Shown: in pieces, positions 51,694 to 61,801 of the stretch
Layout: every line of letters begins with the position of its first letter
How positions within the stretch are numbered: position 1 is the stretch's first letter
DNA from: a virus
Virus record (IMG/VR): IMGVR_UViG_3300032116_000064
Span: 37,538 to 101,537 of that record
DNA: 64,000 bases
Direction: 5' to 3' (one strand)
Program-made: the position numbers and the translations under genes
Notes under the pieces: generated by a model
The model's input: only the letters and a program-made list of their open reading frames with translations
Databases searched by the model: none
What the model was told of the DNA's origin: nothing

Positions 51694-53262
51694 TCATACT
51701 TCATGAATTTTTTCAACAATAAAAGATGTATCATTGACGCCGACTGACCCACAAAATATTAAATTATTACCTTCATACAGAATATACTTATATTTTTCTC
51801 TCACTTTTGGAAATGCTATTACGCTATCTAATATACATGTGTCATCTTCTATTGTTAGGAATGACATAACTTGCCCTTTTGATTCTCCCTTAGTTATTGT
51901 ATAGTCTGACAGTCTGTGTATATTTGCTACTATGCACATATCTTTGCCCTTTTTACCATTCACAATCTCTTTGCAAGTTGTATTGGCGGCAGAAGTGTCA
52001 GAAGTCTCAACCTTGGTCATAGTAACTGGACAACCTAAGAATTTAATTTCTTGATCTATTATCCAACTTGGATCATCTTCTAAGTCATACGGTGGATTAG
52101 CTAATAATTGTATTTCATTTTCTATAGCTTGTTTTCTATCGGCTTTGCTAGTTCCTCCACCCTCCTTTTTGGTAGGTGCTAAGTCCTTTAAGCAATCCAT
52201 AAATGTATTCCATTTTTTAGTGGTATAGTTGTTTAATATCCAAGTTTGTTCTGATTTGGTAAGAGTCCTATATATCTCGTAGTCATACAAAGCTTTGTTT
52301 CGGCTTACACTGCCTTTGATGGTTCTAAAGAATCCTATAGAAGCTAGAGCCTTAAAAGATGTAGAGCTAATATTTGCCCCGATAAATAATAGAATTTCTA
52401 GCCAAGTAAACTTATCGACGCTTTTTCCTAAATCTTGTTCTGCGACTATAATAGTCTCAATTAACTTATCGCCAGTAGCACCAGTTAATGACTTTATATC
52501 TTTAATACCAAAGTATATCTTTCCATCCTTGATATTGAACTTACGATCAAAATTGGTCAAACTTGGTGTTCTAGTCTCAATATCGAACAGTTTTGCTTCT
52601 GATATTAATTCGTAGACTTCTTGATGAGGGTCTTGTTTTTCGTTAGCATAGTATAGATATGATAAGAAGAACTCTTTGGTATTGTGGGCCTTAAAATACG
52701 CACTCCAATAGGAGCATACTGCATATGAAACGCTGTGCGACTTATTGAAAGCATATCGTGCAGACTTTTCAATCCATCCGAAGATTTGTTCAGCGTCTTC
52801 CTTAGAAACGGTTCCTACTCGCTCTGCTCCTGCTATAAATGATTTTTTGACTTCATTCATAAGATCGGCTTTCTTCTTTCCGATAGCCTTACGAAGAACA
52901 TCAGCTTCTTGTAGATTAAATCCAGCAATTTTTTCAGCTATACGCATGGATTGTTCTTGATATACAAGAACTCCATATGTTGGCTTTAATATGTCTTCTA
53001 GTGCCGGATGTAAATAGGTTACTTCTTCCCTTCCATGCTTTCTGTCTACATATCGCTGGGTCATGCTTTTGCCATCAACGAAAGCTTTCAAAGTTCCCGG
53101 TCTAATAATAGCAATTAATGCAGAAAGTTCTTCTAGATTGGTTGGTGCTAATTTTTTAGACCAAGACTTTCCAAGGTTACTTTCTAATTGAAAGATACCC
53201 TTAGTTTTACCTTCTGCGAATAACTGCCAAGTTGCTTTATCATTATAATCAATATCGATCAT
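51694..53262 (-). CDS. dnaE: DNA polymerase III alpha, C-terminal part (fingers, HhH, OB fold)
   Basis: GIFQLES, AIIRPG, TYGVLVYQEQ, LRKAIGKK, YAFNKSHS, LTIEDDT. Confidence 0.95.
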   Translation of the reverse strand: MIDIDYNDKATWQLFAEGKTKGIFQLESNLGKSWSKKLAPTNLEELSALIAIIRPGTLKAFVDGKSMTQRYVDRKHGREEVTYLHPALEDILKPTYGVLVYQEQSMRIAEKIAGFNLQEADVLRKAIGKKKADLMNEVKKSFIAGAERVGTVSKEDAEQIFGWIEKSARYAFNKSHSVSYAVCSYWSAYFKAHNTKEFFLSYLYYANEKQDPHQEVYELISEAKLFDIETRTPSLTNFDRKFNIKDGKIYFGIKDIKSLTGATGDKLIETIIVAEQDLGKSVDKFTWLEILLFIGANISSTSFKALASIGFFRTIKGSVSRNKALYDYEIYRTLTKSEQTWILNNYTTKKWNTFMDCLKDLAPTKKEGGGTSKADRKQAIENEIQLLANPPYDLEDDPSWIIDQEIKFLGCPVTMTKVETSDTSAANTTCKEIVNGKKGKDMCIVANIHRLSDYTITKGESKGQVMSFLTIEDDTCILDSVIAFPKVREKYKYILYEGNNLIFCGSVGVNDTSFIVEKIHEV

Positions 53263-53609
53263 TTATTCCTCGACAATAAGTAATTCAATGCTTGAATTAA
53301 GCCCTCTATGTTATCTCCTAATCTACTCATCCCTACATTGCAATTATTGCATAGCCATCCGCGAAATAAATCTGTTTTATGGCAATGATCTAAGTGTAAT
53401 TTTCCACTTTTTCCACAACATTCGCATTTGATCGGTTTAGTATGATTGTTTTCCTTTTTAAGTTTGATTAGTAATGTATTTATTTTATGCTCACAAGATT
53501 TACAATTTGTATATGTTCTTAATAAGGAATTATCTTCTGATCTTTGTCTATATCGAAATTCAGATTCATCCTTAAATTGTCCACATTTTGGGCAAATCTT
53601 ATTTGACAT
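53259..53609 (-). CDS. Endonuclease VII-family HNH nuclease (probable free-standing homing endonuclease)
   Basis: Start reassigned to 53609; CECCG...LHLDHCHKT..FRGWLCNNCN...LGDN. Confidence 0.85.
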   Translation of the reverse strand: MSNKICPKCGQFKDESEFRYRQRSEDNSLLRTYTNCKSCEHKINTLLIKLKKENNHTKPIKCECCGKSGKLHLDHCHKTDLFRGWLCNNCNVGMSRLGDNIEGLIQALNYLLSRNK

Positions 53610-54279
53610 ATAAATTTCCGTCAGCAAATGCCTTATCAAAATTCATATTCTGATACACCGCACGATGAGTCTTCATGAGCTTTATGAATATATTAGCTTC
53701 ATCCTTAACGTCCTGTAATGCGTCGTGTGCATTGTCAAATGATAGCCCCATTCTTTCTCGTAGTGAGTCCATGCTAATAGATCTAACACTTGGATCGCTT
53801 TCTGTCCACGCGAATATATTATCCATTATATCTATCTTATAGACTCTACTAAATAGTTTCTGTTGTTCTCTTTCTTTATCCCAAGGTCCGAAGTCTCTGC
53901 ATAAACGGTTAATTATATGCATATCGAAGCCAATGATATTGAACCCAACTGGGATAGGATTAAAAAATGCATCACCTTTCCAATTATACTGATCAACAAA
54001 CTTAGTAAATTTAGTCCATACCGCTTTTAGAGAGGGTGCTAGTTCTAGTTGCTCTCTAGTCTTTTTAGTGATCTTTAATGCTTCATCTTCTACTGGATCG
54101 AATCCCGCTGCCCGTGCCTTATCCTCGTCAAAAATAGGCTTGATTTCACTATTAAATTGCCCCTTTACTGTTAAGCTTCTGCCGTCTAAAGCAATAGCAG
54201 CTATTTGTGTTGGTTGGGTTCTGTGAGGATTTCTACTTCCAGTTTCAAAATCAAATATAATATAGTCTCTATTAGCCAT
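53599..54279 (-). CDS. DEDDh 3'-5' exonuclease (DnaQ/epsilon-like)
   Basis: ExoI FDFETG, ExoII GFNIIGFD, ExoIII HDALQD. Confidence 0.9.
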   Translation of the reverse strand: MANRDYIIFDFETGSRNPHRTQPTQIAAIALDGRSLTVKGQFNSEIKPIFDEDKARAAGFDPVEDEALKITKKTREQLELAPSLKAVWTKFTKFVDQYNWKGDAFFNPIPVGFNIIGFDMHIINRLCRDFGPWDKEREQQKLFSRVYKIDIMDNIFAWTESDPSVRSISMDSLRERMGLSFDNAHDALQDVKDEANIFIKLMKTHRAVYQNMNFDKAFADGNLYVK

Positions 54280-54799
54280 GATAATGTAATACTCCTAGCC
54301 CCTTTTCTATCTTGTGAATTTTAAATGGATATATGGAAAGATCTATTGTTGTTCCTTTAATGGAAAAATCATCAACACATATATAGATATCTTTTAGGTT
54401 AAAAGATAATATTTTATCAAACTGATTTTTGGTTTCGGCTGGATCTATACTTCCATCTAGATAATAAATATTGTATTCTGGAGTAATATGATCTAATCCG
54501 TTGCCATAACAAAGATTGACATTATAACCTAACTGGCTGGCAATTAAATTTGAGTGTGCTAAGTGGTCTAAAGATATATCTGCTATAGTAAATGTTCCAC
54601 CATTTTTCTTTATATAGTTACCAAATACTATATCTGACCAACCAGAACCTATCCTAAATAAATAATTATCTAGTGTTTCTATGGCACCAATTTGAAAAAT
54701 ATTAACCGACTTATTAGAAAAAGTATTCAAAATACTTAAGAACACTTCGTCCCTAGAACTAGATATGTTTATCAATTCATTTATTTTGTCTATCATCAA
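54272..54799 (-). CDS. Class I SAM-dependent methyltransferase-like protein
   Basis: IFQIGA, TIADIS, IYYLDG, ICVDD pattern of small-molecule/sugar methyltransferases. Confidence 0.55.
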   Translation of the reverse strand: MMIDKINELINISSSRDEVFLSILNTFSNKSVNIFQIGAIETLDNYLFRIGSGWSDIVFGNYIKKNGGTFTIADISLDHLAHSNLIASQLGYNVNLCYGNGLDHITPEYNIYYLDGSIDPAETKNQFDKILSFNLKDIYICVDDFSIKGTTIDLSIYPFKIHKIEKGLGVLHYHG

Positions 54800-56399
54800 C
54801 GATCTCCTCTATTTTCATAATTTTATCAAGAAGATTAATACCTAAAACGTCAAACTTTACATGGCCTAACGCTTCTAAATCTGACATTTCTAATCCGGCA
54901 ATCTTTTCAGATGATCCCTTTTGCTTTACCATTGGACATACTTGCTGTAAAGGTTCAGCAGATATAACCACTCCAGCGGCATGTTTACCTTGAGTTTTAA
55001 ATGTACCCTCTATTTGAATAGCTTGCTCAAAATATTCAGCATACTCTCCTTCTAACTTACCGTCTTCTGATAATCTACAAAAGTCCCGTAGTGCATCGGC
55101 ATTATTTATCAATGCCCACTTTATGATAGATCTATCTTCATCGTCCATTTCTGCTAATTGATCTGAAATCTTAGCCTCGTCTGGAATGCAATTGCTGATA
55201 GCATTCATCTCCGCAAAAGAGCAGGCTTCATTAACACGCAATATTTCTTTTATTGCACTCTTTCCCTGTAATCTACCAAACGTTAACATTTGGCTTACTC
55301 TTTCATGACCATACTTGTCTTTTATATATGATATAATTTCATCACGTTTAGTGCCGGGAACGTCCATATCAATATCTGGTAAAGATATGTGATCAGCCGT
55401 ATTTCGTCCAGCGTTATAAAATCGTGCAAATAGAAGGTCAAACTCTATTGGGTCAATCTTTGTGATACCAATTAAGTATGAAATCAAACATCCGGCGGCA
55501 GACCCTCTACCGGGACCAGAAAGCCACCCCATATCATTAACGTGCTGTATAATATCATGCACAATTAAGAAATATCCGAATAGATTAGCATCCTTAATAA
55601 CGTCAAACTCTTCTTTAAATCTACTAAGATACTTCTGCTTATCTTCTTCTTTTGATACCTTGTTTTGATCTATTAATATTTTCTTCCAGCCAACACGGCA
55701 TAATTCTTTGAGATAATCTTCTTCTGATGCACCCTTTGGACATTCAAATTTTGGAAGCATTGGCTTACTAAGAATATCATAGTCTTCGCATTGATCGTAA
55801 ATCGTTTTTAGCTTAGATGTATCTAGACCTTCAGATTCACTCTTATTTTTTACATAGAATGAGTCTTGCATAAAATATACTAGTTTATCCATATGTTCTT
55901 GTGGATACTTCGAATCTACACTACCGTCTGGTTTAATACTCTTTTTTATTTTAGGTAGAGTAGTCTTCATGTCTGAACATAATAATATTCTATGAAGCTT
56001 GGCATCTTCACGATTAGTATAATAACTAATAGGCATAGAGTCGCTTTGGCTATTAAAAGCACTAATACTAATAAGATTTTTACTGACCTCTAGACTATCA
56101 AAATCTCTTGGGAGTTTACCGTTTTCGTCCAACGCCGAAACCATTTCAATCAATTCATACCAACCCTCTTTGTTCTTAGCAAAGAGTGTAGCAAAATCAA
56201 AGGAGCATCCAATAATGGGCTTTATCCCCTGCTTTTTGCAAGCCTTATAAAAGGCTACTGCGCCGGATAGTGTTTTATAATCACAGATACCACATGCTGT
56301 ATATCCATTATTTTTACACTTTTGGGCCAATTCTTCTGGCTTAGAAAAACCACGCAATAGACTATAATGGGTATAATTTTTAAGTGGAAACCATTTCAT
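54777..56399 (-). CDS. dnaE: DNA polymerase III alpha, N-terminal part (reduced PHP domain, palm, thumb)
   Basis: THYSLL, GPGRGSAAG, PDIDMD, KHAAGVVI, VKFDVLG; AGGAGAG RBS. Confidence 0.95.
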   Translation of the reverse strand: MKWFPLKNYTHYSLLRGFSKPEELAQKCKNNGYTACGICDYKTLSGAVAFYKACKKQGIKPIIGCSFDFATLFAKNKEGWYELIEMVSALDENGKLPRDFDSLEVSKNLISISAFNSQSDSMPISYYTNREDAKLHRILLCSDMKTTLPKIKKSIKPDGSVDSKYPQEHMDKLVYFMQDSFYVKNKSESEGLDTSKLKTIYDQCEDYDILSKPMLPKFECPKGASEEDYLKELCRVGWKKILIDQNKVSKEEDKQKYLSRFKEEFDVIKDANLFGYFLIVHDIIQHVNDMGWLSGPGRGSAAGCLISYLIGITKIDPIEFDLLFARFYNAGRNTADHISLPDIDMDVPGTKRDEIISYIKDKYGHERVSQMLTFGRLQGKSAIKEILRVNEACSFAEMNAISNCIPDEAKISDQLAEMDDEDRSIIKWALINNADALRDFCRLSEDGKLEGEYAEYFEQAIQIEGTFKTQGKHAAGVVISAEPLQQVCPMVKQKGSSEKIAGLEMSDLEALGHVKFDVLGINLLDKIMKIEEIVDDRQNK

Positions 56400-56442
56400 G
56401 CAACTCTCCTGTTCAAATTAACGTGGTTCAGCTTATTGTAGC

Positions 56443-57090
56443 TTACGCAAGTTCTTTTTGCAACTGACTAATTATCGACTCTGTAAAAAGTACAGACGCT
56501 TTGTTGTCTGATGGGTAATGTACTCCTTGCATTTCTCTGCAAAAAGCTGTAATTTTTACGCATTCTCTAAATTCTGATATCAAACTGGGATATAATTCTG
56601 AACATAATATGCAAGCTAGCATGGCATAACAAGTATGACCAGAAGGATACGATGGAGTTTTTGTTGTATCTGATTCTATAACATAGATTTTTTTACTTAA
56701 TAAATCTCCCAAATACTCTGGTCTTACTCTATTAAAATGATATTTGACATTAAGAATGCAATTTTTTAAAATACTGTAATATCTGTCAAACATTTCATCT
56801 GGAAAGTCAAGTTCTTTTTTCAACAAAACATCATTGAATAAATATTTTGGATCTTTATCAACTGATTTTATTAATTTTTTTTGATTATCTGAAATCTTAG
56901 ATGTAAGTCTAGATAAGTAATTTAATTCATTTGCTACTATTATACTATCATTGGCCGGTGGGGGATCTAGTATATTTTTCCAATCTAAGTTGTACTTAAC
57001 TTCAAGAAATTTTGGATTATCTGTGTATGTGAGAGTATTTATCTTCTTCTGCTGAATTAACACATCTATATCTTGTATTCTTTTAGACAC
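56443..57090 (-). CDS. PAP2-superfamily phosphatase (soluble type)
   Basis: KYHFNRVRP, PSYPSGH, REMQGVHYPSD: all three PAP2 motifs. Confidence 0.85.
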   Translation of the reverse strand: MSKRIQDIDVLIQQKKINTLTYTDNPKFLEVKYNLDWKNILDPPPANDSIIVANELNYLSRLTSKISDNQKKLIKSVDKDPKYLFNDVLLKKELDFPDEMFDRYYSILKNCILNVKYHFNRVRPEYLGDLLSKKIYVIESDTTKTPSYPSGHTCYAMLACILCSELYPSLISEFRECVKITAFCREMQGVHYPSDNKASVLFTESIISQLQKELA

Positions 57091-57112
57091 TAGAATCCCA
57101 CCGTTATGAAGC

Positions 57113-58156
57113 TCACCAACTCTTACAAGCCCAATATCTGGCTTTCCATTTTGGACCCGGATTGTCGCAGTTATGTCTAGCTCTAAAGCTTTTTCGTCTT
57201 TCTGGAATGTTCTTTTTGATGGTCATGTTTGGATCACCAAACCTTACAATAACAACATTGCCACTTTCATTTTTGACATAAACCGCAAATTTCTTGGGGC
57301 CACTAGGAGTTCTAAATGGTTTGTTGAGCGTTACCTTTCTTCCTTGGTATTCGCTTGCTTCACCCATATACATTAAAGTTCTTCCATCTCTTTCATAATA
57401 ACCTTTTCGCCTATAAGTATAGATTTCTCCGGTCTTTGGATCTTGATATTCATAGGCACCTTCTTCCATTTCCATTTCTGGTTCTTCTGTCTCAACTTCT
57501 GAAGGCTCTTCTACTTCTTCTTCATCGTCTTTTTCTTTGTCGGTGTATTCATCTTCATACTTACCGGGTTCATAATACTTAACAAAGTCATATACGTTTT
57601 GTACATAAATCTCAGCCTTAGAAATCATATCCTTGGTCCAATCTTGGAATTCTACGTCTAAAGACATAGTTTTTAATTTCATAACGATTTCCATAAGTTG
57701 ATCATGCATCTTTTGTATTTGTTCAATAGCCATTTCACTGCCATCTTCAGACTGTGCCTTTTTCCAAGATTTTGGATCTGGACGGTCTGGATCTCCCGGT
57801 TTTGCTGGTTTATACTTCTTACCTTCTCGCTCTTTCTTCTTACGAATGTTTTCCCATAATCCGGGTCTTTCTGCCGCTATATCGTATTCTTCTGTTATCT
57901 CTCCAAAGTCTTCATATTCTGCTGCTAATGGTATATGAAGATTATTTTCGTTAATTTCTTCTTCATAACCAAATGCTTCAACCTGTAGTTTGAAATCTGC
58001 CGCTTCTATACAGCCGCAATCGGCTGTTGCTTGATCTATGCAAATTGCTACTCTCTGTTGTGAATTTGGATATTCACTTTTCATAGTTTCATTACTCATG
58101 CATCTTGAAACAAATTTATCTTTATTTTCATCTTTATTTCTCTTTGGAAGTGGCAT
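57113..58156 (-). CDS. Modular basic/acidic protein, possibly an internal head protein
   Basis: String of short phage modules (KFVSRCM; GLWENIRKK; EYQGRKVTLNKP...RRKSFRARHNC) separated by acidic linkers. Confidence 0.55.
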   Translation of the reverse strand: MPLPKRNKDENKDKFVSRCMSNETMKSEYPNSQQRVAICIDQATADCGCIEAADFKLQVEAFGYEEEINENNLHIPLAAEYEDFGEITEEYDIAAERPGLWENIRKKKEREGKKYKPAKPGDPDRPDPKSWKKAQSEDGSEMAIEQIQKMHDQLMEIVMKLKTMSLDVEFQDWTKDMISKAEIYVQNVYDFVKYYEPGKYEDEYTDKEKDDEEEVEEPSEVETEEPEMEMEEGAYEYQDPKTGEIYTYRRKGYYERDGRTLMYMGEASEYQGRKVTLNKPFRTPSGPKKFAVYVKNESGNVVIVRFGDPNMTIKKNIPERRKSFRARHNCDNPGPKWKARYWACKSW

Positions 58157-59009
58157 TTTTGTCTCCTAATGTTGATATAGCTTCTTGAAGCATATTATCT
58201 AGTTTGTCTTTTGGTATTCTATTTCTAAAATAGTTGTATATACTTGATATCATTATGTCATTTGGATTTTGTGTTATCTCTAGCCATCCTATAAAATAAT
58301 TCCAAATTCTATCTTCTAGAATTAGTGGATATTTTACACCGTTAGGTCTACCAAATCTATGGTTCCACTTTAAGTATGGAAGGCATATGTTTTTGCCTCC
58401 TCTTCTTTTGAACTTTTCTGCTATATATCCTTCTTCTGCACCAAAACCTTTAAAGTGTTGATTGATACCAACCCAGTTTGATCTTTCGAACGCAAGCATA
58501 CCCATACCCTGCATTGGTATTTCAAACGGGAGGCCAGTGTCATATTTTTCCTTGTTTGTAGCCCATATCCCAAACATATCGCCACGCCATGTGGGATCAA
58601 AGTGTGTTGATATATTTTTTAAATCATCGTACCATAGCGGTCCTTGTATTAAGTCTTTACAGTTTGGATTGTCTTGGAAGTATTTTAATAAATTATCTAT
58701 TCCATTTTTTTCTATTAACACATGGCAATCTATAATTAATACATATTTCCCAGTGGCGTGGTCTACTATCTTGTATTTGTTGAAAGAACTATTTTGATCA
58801 GTATTAATGATGTACTTTCCGTGTACTTGATTTTCAATAAATGATTTGCAAGCTTTTCCATGTTCACTAGCAGAGTTATTGTCTAAAACAATAAATTCTA
58901 CATTGTTTGTATTACATATATCATGATACATGCGTAATGACTGTATGGAGAAAAATACTCCATCATAGTCATCGTGTGTTGCCATTCCTATTGTTAGTAA
59001 TTTATCCAT
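58134..59009 (-). CDS. GT2-family glycosyltransferase
   Basis: LTIGMAT, FIVLDN, VLIIDCH, FKGFGAEEG. Confidence 0.8.
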   Translation of the reverse strand: MDKLLTIGMATHDDYDGVFFSIQSLRMYHDICNTNNVEFIVLDNNSASEHGKACKSFIENQVHGKYIINTDQNSSFNKYKIVDHATGKYVLIIDCHVLIEKNGIDNLLKYFQDNPNCKDLIQGPLWYDDLKNISTHFDPTWRGDMFGIWATNKEKYDTGLPFEIPMQGMGMLAFERSNWVGINQHFKGFGAEEGYIAEKFKRRGGKNICLPYLKWNHRFGRPNGVKYPLILEDRIWNYFIGWLEITQNPNDIMISSIYNYFRNRIPKDKLDNMLQEAISTLGDKNATSKEK

Positions 59010-59010
59010 A

Positions 59011-60030
59011 TTAACCCGGAGCGGAGTAAAATCCTATGTTAAAGCCTTCCCTTGTGCATTCCTTAATAGTGTGATCCATACCATTAGTTTTTAAGTTATT
59101 CTCTATGTATATACACATATTCTGATCTGTCCCCGGCCAGTTATGCTTGCAATAATGGCATAATTTAGTGCATTTCCAATTATCTCTGTTCTGTGATATT
59201 GGCTGCGGTGTATTGTTTTGTTTTATATCTAAAAATCTGTTTTTTAGCATCTTTTTGAACTTATTCTGATCACTTTCATCAAAACACATTGAAAAAGGAC
59301 CGCCATCTTTTATGAAAAAGATACTCATTATAGACTGTTTATAGTCTGGAAACAGCTTAGAAATTGCATAATTATATAGTAATAATTGTGGATCTGCACA
59401 TAGCTTTTCGTATGTTTTTTCTTCGCCAGTAGCCCAATCTAACCTTTTGCCGGTTTTCCAATCTATTACCTCTATTATTCCATCATCAGTTTCAGTGACT
59501 AAATCAATAGTTCCCTTTATGGCTAACTGTCCCTTTACTTTCTCACCATTTATTTCGTATTCATAAAATGCCCAATCTTCATCGATTGGGATATCAAAAT
59601 GTGGTTCTGCTGCCACTATCTTCCTATGTCTTGGATCAAATTGTCCATCATTATATTTTAATGTGTTCCAGACTAATTCAGCACATTGCTTTTTATCCGA
59701 GTTTGTAAAAGAGTTTTTGGAGCTAGATGTATAAAACTCAAAACTTTTAGATATTAATTGCTCCACTAGACTGCTTTGAAGAAACTCATTCTTTTTGATA
59801 GATATGTCTCCAAGTGCATCATCTGTGATTGATAACTTTAGTTTTTTCTCATTGGTTTGCTGATATAACTTTAATTTGGCTAATACCTCTAAAACTTTAT
59901 GCACTATTGTTCCAAGTTCTGCTTTCTTGCCACTGTCAGGTTGATGACCCAGAACATAGGTTATAAAGTATTGCATTTGGCAATAGGCGTAATTGTTATA
60001 ACTAGATGACCTTATGTATGTTACTAGCAT
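59011..60030 (-). CDS. PD-(D/E)XK exonuclease (AddB/Cas4-like, probable Fe-S cluster)
   Basis: GTIVHKVLE, GTIDL, IDWKTG, QLLLY; one N-terminal Cys plus C-terminal CTKLCHYC. Confidence 0.85.
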   Translation of the reverse strand: MLVTYIRSSSYNNYAYCQMQYFITYVLGHQPDSGKKAELGTIVHKVLEVLAKLKLYQQTNEKKLKLSITDDALGDISIKKNEFLQSSLVEQLISKSFEFYTSSSKNSFTNSDKKQCAELVWNTLKYNDGQFDPRHRKIVAAEPHFDIPIDEDWAFYEYEINGEKVKGQLAIKGTIDLVTETDDGIIEVIDWKTGKRLDWATGEEKTYEKLCADPQLLLYNYAISKLFPDYKQSIMSIFFIKDGGPFSMCFDESDQNKFKKMLKNRFLDIKQNNTPQPISQNRDNWKCTKLCHYCKHNWPGTDQNMCIYIENNLKTNGMDHTIKECTREGFNIGFYSAPG

Positions 60031-60774
60031 TCAAATTCTCCAAAAAGTATTATTTTTAAGTTCACAACATAAAGTTTCTAGTGTCATATTATGATTATCA
60101 ATGACCATATCAAAATTATGCCAATCAAATTTATCACTATCTAGTGATGATTCGGACTCAGAATCACTGTTGAATATATTCCTTGTAAGACGTATGACAA
60201 TACCTCCATTGTCTTTTATAGATTTTACCTCATTAGGAAATCGTACATCTGGTATAATTGCTAACCGAGATTTTTCACTCAATACCTTATTTATTGTAGC
60301 ATCTACCCAAGCGGTTGACTTTATTTTTCGTATAATCTTTGTTCCAAAATGCTCCAAAAATTCTCTATGTGTCATATATCCCGATTTATTATCATTATTA
60401 TTTGGTATATCTTCCCATTTGATACTTGTTAATTCATTTTTTTGATCATCTGTGCCATATACATTATCTGGCTTGAATCCAAACAAGTTTACGCACATGT
60501 CTTTCAAGTAATCTGCGAAATGGTATACCTTTACATAAGGCCACAATTCTCTTTGTGCATATTCAACAAATGTATTGTCTTTTCTAGTAACATCGAATAT
60601 TCCATAGCCACTGGTCCCTGTAGAGTCTTTAGTCTGTATTGCTAGATTACCGTCATCCTCAATAAAAAATTGTTCAATCATTGACTTACCCTGTAAAATA
60701 TCACCATTGATATAATTAGCAATGGTATTTTTCCCAGACTGTTTTCTACCAGATATACCTATTATTTTAACCAT
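60031..60774 (-). CDS. Deoxynucleoside monophosphate kinase
   Basis: GISGRKQSGKNT P-loop, FADYLK, REFLEHFGT, IPDVRFPNE. Confidence 0.85.
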   Translation of the reverse strand: MVKIIGISGRKQSGKNTIANYINGDILQGKSMIEQFFIEDDGNLAIQTKDSTGTSGYGIFDVTRKDNTFVEYAQRELWPYVKVYHFADYLKDMCVNLFGFKPDNVYGTDDQKNELTSIKWEDIPNNNDNKSGYMTHREFLEHFGTKIIRKIKSTAWVDATINKVLSEKSRLAIIPDVRFPNEVKSIKDNGGIVIRLTRNIFNSDSESESSLDSDKFDWHNFDMVIDNHNMTLETLCCELKNNTFWRI

Positions 60775-61801
60775 TAACTATTCCCCGAATTTGTGGTATT
60801 ACTATTTTATTGATTTGTTCTACGCTCATTTCACCAACGTCTTTAGTTGGTATTCTTGGAAAAGATAGCTTATACATTCTGCCTAGCTGTCTTTGTAACT
60901 GTACCTTCGCTTCTCTTCCAGCTTGGTCGTTATCCATTAGAACTACTATATGCGTAAGTGGCATTTTGTACAGTTTTGTTTCTTGTTCTTTGCTAAGAGT
61001 TCTTCCAAAAATACTCATAGATTGTGTGATGCCAGCCTCATGAAGTCTCCATACATCGCCCTGACCCTCTACCAAAACTAGTGAAGAAGTTTTGCGTACA
61101 TTGATTATAGCTCTGTGATAATTATAAAAAAAATATCTTTTGTCAAAACCTTTGGGGTCTAGCAAAAATTTAGGGTGCTTATATTCTTTAATCGATCTAG
61201 CTATACATGCTATGACCTTTTCCCCAGTGTCATTATGGATAGGTATAATAGATCTATCATATAACTTGGATGATTTATCAGTACAGTCTCCAACACCAAA
61301 ATGTATTAATGTTTCTGGTTTAAAACCTCTAGAAAGAAAATATTTCGATGGTAATTCTGAACAAATGTCTTCTTTAATTGCTGGATAATCTTGATCTAGA
61401 GCAATACTAGAGTTTATGGTATTTACGAGCTTAGAGAAATCATCTTCTTCAAGCTTGGGCTTAGAAACTACTTTAGATTTGCCTTGTTTATTTATACCTA
61501 GAAAACTACAAGACCACTTTAGGGCTTCTGAAAAACCAGCATCAATTCCAGTTTCTTTTGATAGTGATCCTCTAATGACTCCAAAGATATCGTTCCTATA
61601 TTGCTCTTGACAATCTCTAGTCCAACACTTCCATATGCCTTTATCTTTTGAAAAAGAAAAAGCTCTTGGATTATCACTGCCATCATGTACAGGACAATTA
61701 CAATATATATTATCTCCTAAAACCTCGTACTTCATACCAAGGCTTGAAAATACTTCTTCCGCACGATTATTTAGTTCACTCTTGATCTTCTGCAAGTCCA
61801 T
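60767..61801 (-). CDS. dnaG: DNA primase (CHC2 zinc finger plus TOPRIM)
   Basis: CPVH...CWTRDC, LVEGQGD, MDNDQAG. Confidence 0.9.
   Translation of the reverse strand: MDLQKIKSELNNRAEEVFSSLGMKYEVLGDNIYCNCPVHDGSDNPRAFSFSKDKGIWKCWTRDCQEQYRNDIFGVIRGSLSKETGIDAGFSEALKWSCSFLGINKQGKSKVVSKPKLEEDDFSKLVNTINSSIALDQDYPAIKEDICSELPSKYFLSRGFKPETLIHFGVGDCTDKSSKLYDRSIIPIHNDTGEKVIACIARSIKEYKHPKFLLDPKGFDKRYFFYNYHRAIINVRKTSSLVLVEGQGDVWRLHEAGITQSMSIFGRTLSKEQETKLYKMPLTHIVVLMDNDQAGREAKVQLQRQLGRMYKLSFPRIPTKDVGEMSVEQINKIVIPQIRGIVNG

Noticed and set aside
53263-54776. Split intein or self-splicing intron interrupting dnaE
   Set aside because: No intein terminal motifs on either half, and the gap is fully occupied by three overlapping ORFs with no room for an intron core
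59011-60030. Cas4-like nuclease as evidence of a CRISPR-Cas system
   Set aside because: I found no repeat-spacer array or other cas genes; standalone Cas4/AddB-like exonucleases are common in phage replication modules
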